Of a stretch of 59,662 nt of DNA, positions 27,061 through 33,925 are shown piece by piece (the stretch's first letter is position 1; each line of letters opens with the position of its first letter). The notes below the pieces were generated by a model. It did no database searches, was not told where the DNA came from, and saw nothing but the letters and a program-made list of their open reading frames with translations. The stretch lies in assembly GCA_040380145.1 (NCBI GenBank), contig JBEIJQ010000001.1, positions 1 through 59,662 on the forward strand, written 5' to 3'. The translations under genes and the position numbers were made by a program. The DNA comes from Lewinellaceae bacterium (lineage in GTDB: Bacteria > Bacteroidota > Bacteroidia > Chitinophagales > Saprospiraceae).

Positions 27061-27755
27061 TTACGCTTTGCGGTGTTTGTTGAGGGCCTCCACCAACAAA
27101 TGTACTCGGGTGTTGGGATTTTGTTTGACAAAGTCACGATCCTCTCCGAAGTTTTCGTCGTAGTGTTCGTTCAGTTTTTTGGCATGTTTTATCGCCTTGT
27201 TCTCGTCGCAATACTCGCGCAGGACCGAGTACATGTCGGGATGGTTTTTCTCATATGTAAATTCGGGTTTTTGGACACTTTTTTTACATGCTTTTCAATC
27301 AGTTCTTTGTATTCATCTCTCGAGTGGCCGCTGGTGAAATAAGCAAAATGAAGCAGGTACCAAATTTCGAAAGCCTCATTTGACCACGCACAATCGATCT
27401 TGTTTTGAGCGCCCATTTGAATGGCCGAATTGAAATCTTTGTCAAAACTGTCCTTGTCGAAAACCGCCCAGACCTGGTCATACTCTCGATTATTTTCTTT
27501 TTCCCGAACAGCTCGCAACCTAATGGTTTCGCCCACCAAAGAACGGGTGTTCATGCCTACGCCTTTGATTTCGACATCCACGAGACCGACCGGCAAGGAT
27601 TTTTTGATGGAGTCAAAATAATTGGGCTCGGTTCTTTCCCCTTCGCAAACGATCAAAAAATACTCCCGCAAAATCCGGTTGCCCGGTTCGCGTTTTTTTT
27701 CCTTGCGTTCGAATTGTATGCGTTTGGAAAGATCTAATTTCGTGATCCGTGCCAT
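27061..27755 (-). pseudogene. RloB/AbiLii-like protein, interrupted by a 1-nt frameshift in an A7 tract
   Basis: 'YFLIVCEGERTEPNYF' and 'VWAVFDKD' form the RloB-type N-terminal core (ORF 27189..27755). The last ~70 codons (…PEFTYEKNHPDMYSVLREYCDENKAIKHAKKLNEHY…NPNTRVHLLVEALNKHRKA, stop at 27061-27063) continue in another frame. They are rejoined by adding one A to the run at 27279-27285. Confidence 0.7.
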
Positions 27756-28963
27756 TATGAAAGCAGTTTTTTGAAATCGCCGAAAAAAGGAATGGCCCCA
27801 TAGCGGCCTTCCAAATAGTGTTGCTCGTTTATTTTCTCTTCGCCCCCGAACTCCAACAGCGAATACAAATCGGACGAGCCGTTGTGGTCTTTTTCCACAA
27901 AATAAATTTGATCTTTTCTCAAACTGCAGTAGCTCAACAAGTTGGTATCATGCGTCGCAAATATCAATTGAGCGCCCGATGGGTTGATTTCACGGGAATG
28001 AAACAACTCGACGATCCTCTTGGTCAACAAGGGGTGCAACTTGGCGTCCAGCTCGTCTATTACCGACACGCCACCGTTTTGAAGGGCTGTGAACAGGCTA
28101 CCGGCGATGTCTATGATTTTGTTGGTACCGGAACTTTCGTTGCGGGTTGCGTCCAAAGGCACTTTTTCGATCGCATGGCCGTTCTCGTCGTACCTTTCAT
28201 GGAATGTGGTCCTTTTGATAAAGCTGCGGTTGGTATCTTTCCAGACTGTCTTTTCCATTTCCAAATTATTGAACCCCAGGTTCAGGTCGGCGAAAAAATT
28301 GTTCAGCGCTTCGTTCAGGCTTTTATTCCCCAAGATTTCTAGGGTGGTATATTCGTGCATTTTGGTATGAATGCCGGAAATGATCTGCAAATGGCTGAAC
28401 CATTTCATGATTTCTTTGGAGACAGGGCCGTTGAAACTGTCCGCCACGCTCAAAAACAAGGTATTGTCCCTGGTTTTCTCTTCCAATCCTCGGCCCTCTC
28501 TAAAGTCATCGTCTATGACATCGATGCCCTCTTTAATACGGACGAAGAGAGGCTTTTCTTTGCTCTTGTCAGTTTTGGAAAAGAGCCATTCCGCTTGAAC
28601 GGCGCTCCGATCGGCTTCAAATCCGTAGCGGTAACGGGTTGTTCCGCCCAAGACAAACACCACTTCGTAAAAAGTGGGTTCGAGGGTGCCTTTTTCGTTG
28701 AACAAAAAGGGTTCGTACTTGAGGGGGCGGGTAGAGTTTTGGGCTATGTTATTCAGCACGATGTATCTCATGATTTCCAGCCCCAGGAGCAGGTTCGATT
28801 TGCCGGAAGAATTGGCCCCATAGATGGCCGCCGTCGCCAAGCATTTGTAGGAGCCCTTCTTGAAGGTGTTGACGGAGTTGCCTTTGGTCGAAGCCGGGAC
28901 CATGCTGAGTGTTTTCCGCGCATAAAACGAACGAAAATTCCCGAGGGTAAATTCTAAGATCAT
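27755..28963 (-). CDS. AAA_21/ABC-type ATPase (AbiLi/RloA-like)
   Basis: Walker A 'YGANSSGKSN', signature-like 'ESSGTNK', Walker B 'VSVIDELDAKLHP' and H-loop 'IFATHD'. The stop TAA overlaps the ATG of the RloB-like gene (TAATG at 27753-27757). Confidence 0.8.
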   Translation of the reverse strand: MILEFTLGNFRSFYARKTLSMVPASTKGNSVNTFKKGSYKCLATAAIYGANSSGKSNLLLGLEIMRYIVLNNIAQNSTRPLKYEPFLFNEKGTLEPTFYEVVFVLGGTTRYRYGFEADRSAVQAEWLFSKTDKSKEKPLFVRIKEGIDVIDDDFREGRGLEEKTRDNTLFLSVADSFNGPVSKEIMKWFSHLQIISGIHTKMHEYTTLEILGNKSLNEALNNFFADLNLGFNNLEMEKTVWKDTNRSFIKRTTFHERYDENGHAIEKVPLDATRNESSGTNKIIDIAGSLFTALQNGGVSVIDELDAKLHPLLTKRIVELFHSREINPSGAQLIFATHDTNLLSYCSLRKDQIYFVEKDHNGSSDLYSLLEFGGEEKINEQHYLEGRYGAIPFFGDFKKLLS

Positions 28964-28983
28964 ATCAGGAAAAAAAATTTTCT

Positions 28984-28991
28984 CAAAAATA
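28984..28991 (-). promoter_or_regulatory. candidate Bacteroidota -7 promoter element (TAnnTTTG) for the ATPase gene
   Basis: The minus strand reads TATTTTTG about 21 nt upstream of ATG 28963. It lies downstream of the adhesin terminator. Confidence 0.3.
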
Positions 28992-29068
28992 TACTTTTTC
29001 GGTCATCGAAAAGGGCTTCGTAATAGAGCTGTGCGCCCAACATGCCGAATGGACAAGGGCTTTTTTCC

Positions 29069-29101
29069 AAAAAAGAAGCCCAACGAAAGGCGTTGGGCTT
29101 C
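29069..29101 (-). terminator. intrinsic terminator of the giant adhesin gene
   Basis: An 11-bp stem, GAAGCCCAACG (29075-29085) pairing with CGTTGGGCTTC (29091-29101). On the minus strand it is followed by a T6 run (A-run 29069-29074 on plus). Confidence 0.6.
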
Positions 29102-29128
29102 TTTGAGAAAGGATCGGGCTGGAGGGGT

Positions 29129-32100
29129 TCACCGGATCAGCGTCACATCGCCCGTCACGGTGCGCGTTTCGGCGTCGTCGGGCAGGCGGATGCGGAGCAC
29201 ATAGATATAAACATCGCGGGGCATGGGTTCGCCGTTGCGGGTTCCGTCCCAGCCGCTGAGGGGGTCGTCGAACACGAGGTTGCCCCAGCGGTCGTACACC
29301 TTGAAGGTTTCGATGGTGGCGTTGCCCGACACCAAGGGACGGAAAACGGGATTGAGGGGGTCGCCGTTGGGGGTGAAGGCGTTCGGCAGCGCAAAGGCCG
29401 AGGGCACCACCACCACGCTCACTTCGTCTGAGTTGGTACAGGCGATGTTGGCCGCGGTGACGGTGAACACATACTGTCCGGGCTGTCCGAAATTGCCGGT
29501 CACGGAGTTGCCCGTGGCGGTGTTCAGGTTGGCGGCGGGAGACCAAGTGTAGGTCACGCCGGCTTCGTTGGCCCCGGCGTTCAGTTCGACGGGCACGCCG
29601 CCGAAGACGGTGTCGGACACCTGTCCGGGAGCGCCGGCCCAAGCGTCGAGCACCGGGATGGGCACTTCGGTCACGGTGGCCGCAGCGGTGGCCGTACAGG
29701 CCGAAGCGTCGGTCACGGTCACGGTATAGCTGCCGGGCGCCAGATCCACGAGGTCTTCGGCCGTCGAGCCGTTCGACCAAAGGAAGGCGACGGCGCCGGC
29801 GTTGCCGGCAAAATCCAGGGCGAGATCGCCGGAATCACTGCCCGCGCATCCGATACCGGACTGCACCGCCGAGGCGGTCAGTGCGCAAGTGGCCGTGCAG
29901 GACAGCGAAACCGCCGCTCCCGTGCACTGAGCGCCCACCGGACGCACCTGCAAGGTGACGGTCTGTGTGGGGGTAAGTCCGTTGGCGGTGTAGGTGAGCA
30001 CATTGCCCAGGTTTGTCCAAGTGGCGCCGCCGTCCAGACTGATCTCGTAGGAAATCGCGCCGGCCACGGCCACCCAATCGAAGGTCACGCTGCTACCGGA
30101 AGCGGTACCGCACGAAAGCGTGGTGGCAGGTATGGTACAGTTTTCGGAGGTGCAGCTCAGCGTCGCCGACGGCCCCGGGCACTCGCCGAACGCACGGACT
30201 TGAATGGTGAAGGTCTGTCCGGGCGCGAGGTTGTTGACGACATATGCCAGCACATTGCCCACATTGATCCAAGTGGCGCCGCCGTTGAGGCTCACCTCGT
30301 AATAAACGGCTCCGGCGATCGGGGCCCATTCAAAGGTGACCGAACTCGTGGTGGGGGTACCGCAGCTGAGCACGGGCGCGGGCAGGCTCAGCACCGCCAC
30401 GGGGAGGGTGTCGCGGAACACGCAGTTGTTCCAGGTGGCCTGCACGACATAATCCAAGGTGGCCTGCGGGCTGCCCACGGGAGCTGGCGAGGCGGCGTTG
30501 TTCAAGGTATTGGCGGGGGTCCAGGTATATACGGCGTTGGCGAAGGGGTTGCCGAGGTCCGGGGCGAAGCGCCACGCCTCGTTGTTGGCCGACCAAGTGG
30601 CGGCGTTGCGGCCCGGAGCGGCATAACCGGCCGTGCCCGTGGCATTCTCGATGCCGATCGTCCCCGGCGAAATGTTGTTGACGCTGGTCACATGCACCTC
30701 GGCGATGTTGGTGGATTCGTATAGGACGATCTGCGAGGTGACGGTCTGACCGGCTCCGCCGAAAATAGGCACACTGTTCCAATTGACCACCAAACGGCGG
30801 TTGGGCGCCGCGCCGGTGGTGAAATAGCCGATCGTGCCGCCTCCGCCGGGATTGAGATCGTCCCAGGCCGCTGCGATCAGGTTGTTGGAAGGGAAGAAGT
30901 CGGGGAGGTTTTGTCCGGCGCAGCAACCGGCTCCGGCCAAGGGGTCAAAACTGATGAAGCCGTTGGACGAGATGTGGAACTGGCTGTAGTTGTTGCAGAA
31001 AAAATTGAAATTGAAACCAATAGGCAACGCACCCGTCAACTGGTCGTCGGTCAAGGTCACATTGGTCTGGCTGCCGGCCACGGGCGCGAAAGCGGTGGAG
31101 GTGACCACGTATTCGTCGCAAACGGGGGCGGGCGGCGCGATGGGGCTGAAAACATCGGCGTTCAGCTGCACGGTCTGGCCCAGACAAAGCGTGTCGGTGG
31201 ATTGGGCCGTGGCCAAGAAAATCGAATCGCAGGTCAGACAGAGCAGGTTGCCCGGAGCCAATACCGTGATGGTGAAGGAAGTGTCGTGCACGCAACCGAA
31301 ATCGTCGGTCACCTGATAAGTGTAGGTGTGCAGGCCCGGCGTGGCCGGACTGACCGTCAGCACATCGCCGTTGTTGGCCACGATGCCGGGCGCGTTCAGC
31401 CACAGCGAATCCACGATGACGGTGCTGAAACTGTCCTGATAGATCGGGTCCAGATAGTTGGGGTTGAAGGTGAGGCCCCAGTTGAAAATGAAACCGTTGT
31501 CGATGCCGAGGTTGTCGGTGATGGTGATGGTCCAAATGCCGTTGACCGGACAGCCGACCAGACCGGCAAAACTTTGCTCGGGCGCATAATCGCCCGCTGG
31601 CAGGTACGCTTGGTTGTTGTAAACATTCCCGGACACATCGGTGAACGTCTGGAAAAAAGTGTTGGCGTTGTCGCCCCAAGTGCCGGCGGGCGCGTTTTCC
31701 TCCCAGCAGTAATTGTAGCCGACGCCCACTACCTGTGGATTGGGGTTGTCGTCGAAGTCGTTGGGCTCGCCCAAAAAGGTGCCGCCGCCGCCGCTGGGAT
31801 AGTTCAAGAGATCAATGGTCTGGCCCGTCGGACAGGTGATGGTGATGTCGAGGTCGCCCATGAAGGAGTGTTCCATCGTCACGCAGATGCTCTGCAGGTC
31901 GGACGGGGTGGCCACAGTGGCGAATCCGGAATATCCTTGGACGGGAATACTGGTGGTGTAGGGGATGCCCACGTTGTCGGGAAGAGGCAACTGCTCCGAA
32001 AAAAAGGAGGGCGGGCTGAAATCCACCATGGGGGTCACGGCGTCGCCGACAAGGGTGGCGGTGTCGCCGAGGCAGATGGTGTCCTGAATGGAAGAGCGGA

Positions 32101-32860
32101 AATACTGCGGGTCGGGTGCCACGCGGATCTTTTGACTGGGGAAGGTAGTGTTCTGGCAGCCGTTCACATCGGTCACCTCCAACAGGATCACATATCCGCC
32201 GGGATCGCTGTAGGTCACTCCGGAAAATTGCCCGGAGTCCTGCACGCCGTTGCCGAAGGTCCAAGCAAAAATCGAGGTGGCGTCGTCCTGCTGATAGAAA
32301 GTGCCGTTCTGCGGGTAAAGGCCCTGCGCGGCCACTTGTACATTCTCGTCCGGGCAAATGTCCACATACGCGGGCAAAGGAGGGGTGAACACATCGGGGC
32401 CCGTCAAAACGCCCACGATTTCGGGGTTCACCACTTGGCAGGGAGTCACGCAGGTGATGATGGCCGCCCAGCCCGGGCCCGAACCGGAAGAGGTGAAGGT
32501 CAGGGTGATGCAGCCGCTGTTGTTGGCTCCGCTCGCGCCGACATTGGTCAGCGTCAGGCCGTTGTCGAAGCAGCCGTACTGGTTGGCGGCCAAGTTGGGG
32601 CCGTCATAGACGCACAGAGATCCGTTGGGCAGATTGAACTGGGTGAATTCCAGGCGGATACCGGCTCCCGGCGTGGAGGGACAGATCGTGATGGTATAGG
32701 TCTCGCCCGCCTGGTAGTTGCCGTTGGGGCCGCCGCTGTCGTACAGCGTGCCCGAACAGGTGGTCAGCGTTCCGTTGTTGAACTGGTCGATGGTATATGT
32801 CTGGGCTTGGGACAGAACGGTCACCAGCAGGAAAAGGCTTGTAAGGGCTATGTGTTTCAT
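29129..32860 (-). CDS. giant multidomain cell-surface protein with T9SS type B (gliding-motility) C-terminal sorting domain
   Basis: 1243 aa with a signal peptide. Domains in order: CUB-like N-domain, PKD-like ('FAWTFGNG...VTDVNGC'), proprotein-convertase P-domain-like ('HSFMGDLDITITCPTG'), two tandem FN3-like repeats and a SprB-type repeat ('FLWSNGSTAEDLVDLAPGSYTVTVTDASAC'). The C-terminus 'NAFTPNGDPLNPVF...KVYDRWGNLVF...GWDGTRNGEPMPRDVYIYVL' is a type B CTD. Confidence 0.85.
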   Translation of the reverse strand: MKHIALTSLFLLVTVLSQAQTYTIDQFNNGTLTTCSGTLYDSGGPNGNYQAGETYTITICPSTPGAGIRLEFTQFNLPNGSLCVYDGPNLAANQYGCFDNGLTLTNVGASGANNSGCITLTFTSSGSGPGWAAIITCVTPCQVVNPEIVGVLTGPDVFTPPLPAYVDICPDENVQVAAQGLYPQNGTFYQQDDATSIFAWTFGNGVQDSGQFSGVTYSDPGGYVILLEVTDVNGCQNTTFPSQKIRVAPDPQYFRSSIQDTICLGDTATLVGDAVTPMVDFSPPSFFSEQLPLPDNVGIPYTTSIPVQGYSGFATVATPSDLQSICVTMEHSFMGDLDITITCPTGQTIDLLNYPSGGGGTFLGEPNDFDDNPNPQVVGVGYNYCWEENAPAGTWGDNANTFFQTFTDVSGNVYNNQAYLPAGDYAPEQSFAGLVGCPVNGIWTITITDNLGIDNGFIFNWGLTFNPNYLDPIYQDSFSTVIVDSLWLNAPGIVANNGDVLTVSPATPGLHTYTYQVTDDFGCVHDTSFTITVLAPGNLLCLTCDSIFLATAQSTDTLCLGQTVQLNADVFSPIAPPAPVCDEYVVTSTAFAPVAGSQTNVTLTDDQLTGALPIGFNFNFFCNNYSQFHISSNGFISFDPLAGAGCCAGQNLPDFFPSNNLIAAAWDDLNPGGGGTIGYFTTGAAPNRRLVVNWNSVPIFGGAGQTVTSQIVLYESTNIAEVHVTSVNNISPGTIGIENATGTAGYAAPGRNAATWSANNEAWRFAPDLGNPFANAVYTWTPANTLNNAASPAPVGSPQATLDYVVQATWNNCVFRDTLPVAVLSLPAPVLSCGTPTTSSVTFEWAPIAGAVYYEVSLNGGATWINVGNVLAYVVNNLAPGQTFTIQVRAFGECPGPSATLSCTSENCTIPATTLSCGTASGSSVTFDWVAVAGAISYEISLDGGATWTNLGNVLTYTANGLTPTQTVTLQVRPVGAQCTGAAVSLSCTATCALTASAVQSGIGCAGSDSGDLALDFAGNAGAVAFLWSNGSTAEDLVDLAPGSYTVTVTDASACTATAAATVTEVPIPVLDAWAGAPGQVSDTVFGGVPVELNAGANEAGVTYTWSPAANLNTATGNSVTGNFGQPGQYVFTVTAANIACTNSDEVSVVVVPSAFALPNAFTPNGDPLNPVFRPLVSGNATIETFKVYDRWGNLVFDDPLSGWDGTRNGEPMPRDVYIYVLRIRLPDDAETRTVTGDVTLIR

Positions 32861-32912
32861 ATTATTTTTCTAAAAAAAAAAGGGAAAAAAGGGGAAAAGT
32901 GCTCAACGGGGA

Positions 32913-33335
32913 TCAGAATCCGCGTTTGCGCCTTTCGGCATCGAACATGCGGGCGAAGGTTTTCTCTGCGCGCAGCACCAAGACCTTGTCGGTGCCCTCC
33001 AAACGGTAGTAGGTGGGGCGGTCAAAGACACGCTTCAGCGCCAGTTCGCGCTGGGCCACGAAGATGTTGAGATGTTCGGGATCTTCGATGTGCACAACGG
33101 GGAATTGCAACGCGCCGGCTTCTTTGCCCGCCGGAATGTCGACGATGAACCAGCCGTTGTCGAGATAATAATTGTACCGGTGGAGCTGCAAAGGGCTTTC
33201 GGTACGGAGCTTTTCCAGATGATCGGCATCAAAAACCGCCAACAGACGGTCGTCGGGAACCGGGGCATTGGTCTGTGCGCGCAGACCGGGAGAAATTGCC
33301 AAGAGGGTAACAAAGAGTACCAGGATTCGTTTCAT
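32913..33335 (-). CDS. hypothetical secreted protein (140 aa)
   Basis: ATG 33335 gives the signal peptide MKRILVLFVTLLAISPGLRAQ. The rest of ORF 32913..35264 is a shadow extension across neighbouring genes. Confidence 0.55.
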   Translation of the reverse strand: MKRILVLFVTLLAISPGLRAQTNAPVPDDRLLAVFDADHLEKLRTESPLQLHRYNYYLDNGWFIVDIPAGKEAGALQFPVVHIEDPEHLNIFVAQRELALKRVFDRPTYYRLEGTDKVLVLRAEKTFARMFDAERRKRGF

Positions 33336-33419
33336 AGGAAAATTTAGTTGGCCTTTTGTAGGGTAAAGTTGCCGTAAATGTAAGAATTTTGGCCAAATCC
33401 CCAAAACAGTTCCCGTAGT

Positions 33420-33914
33420 ATGCGCCTTTTGCCCTTGTTTGTCTTTTGTTCGACCGCTTTCTCCGCCCACGGACAAACCGAACCGCCGCCGCCCCATGTA
33501 CGGACCTTGGACATCCTCCAGCTCGAGGAGGCCTTCCGCAGCGGGGGCGATACCCTGACGGTGTACAATTTCTGGGCGACCTGGTGCCGGCCCTGCGTGG
33601 CCGAGCTGCCCGCCTTCGAACGCCTGCGCGAAGAATACGCCGACAAGCCTTTTCGACTGGTGCTGGTGAGCTTGGATTTTCCGAGCGAAAAAGAAAAGAC
33701 GCTGATTCCTTTTTTGCAAAAAAAAGGAATCGGATCCACTGTTTGGCAGTTGGAAGGAAAGCCCACCGAATTCATCGACCGTATCAGCCGCTCTTGGGGC
33801 GGCAGCATCCCTGCCTCGCTTTTCGTGCGTCCCTCCCGGAAAAAATACGTGTTCAAAGAACAGGCCTTCGAATACGAGGAGCTGCGGACGCTGGTGGATG
33901 AACTGATGAAATAG
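33420..33914 (+). CDS. TlpA-like thiol:disulfide oxidoreductase (thioredoxin fold)
   Basis: Signal peptide, 'VYNFWATWCRPCVAELP' CxxC motif and 'GSIPASLFV' cis-Pro loop region. Confidence 0.8.
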   Translation: MRLLPLFVFCSTAFSAHGQTEPPPPHVRTLDILQLEEAFRSGGDTLTVYNFWATWCRPCVAELPAFERLREEYADKPFRLVLVSLDFPSEKEKTLIPFLQKKGIGSTVWQLEGKPTEFIDRISRSWGGSIPASLFVRPSRKKYVFKEQAFEYEELRTLVDELMK

Positions 33915-33925
33915 GCCTTTCGGGC

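Noticed and set aside
16192-29101. Shared AGCCCAACG...GTTGGG(C/T)T stems in the terminators at 16192-16215 and 29075-29101 as copies of a repeat element
   Set aside because: Only about 9 nt are shared. The loops and flanks differ. This is most simply coincidence between two GC-rich terminator stems.
27022-29128. Direct or inverted repeats, or att-like sites, bounding the AT-rich island
   Set aside because: I compared both borders (27022-27065 and 28964-29128) by eye. Only generic A/T tracts are shared, and there is no convincing duplicated target site. The insertion mechanism therefore remains unknown.
30911-33070. 719-aa plus-strand ORF antisense to the adhesin gene, and similar antisense ORFs at 41617..43083 and 45103..46740
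   Set aside because: They are mirror frames of well-supported minus-strand genes, with no motifs.
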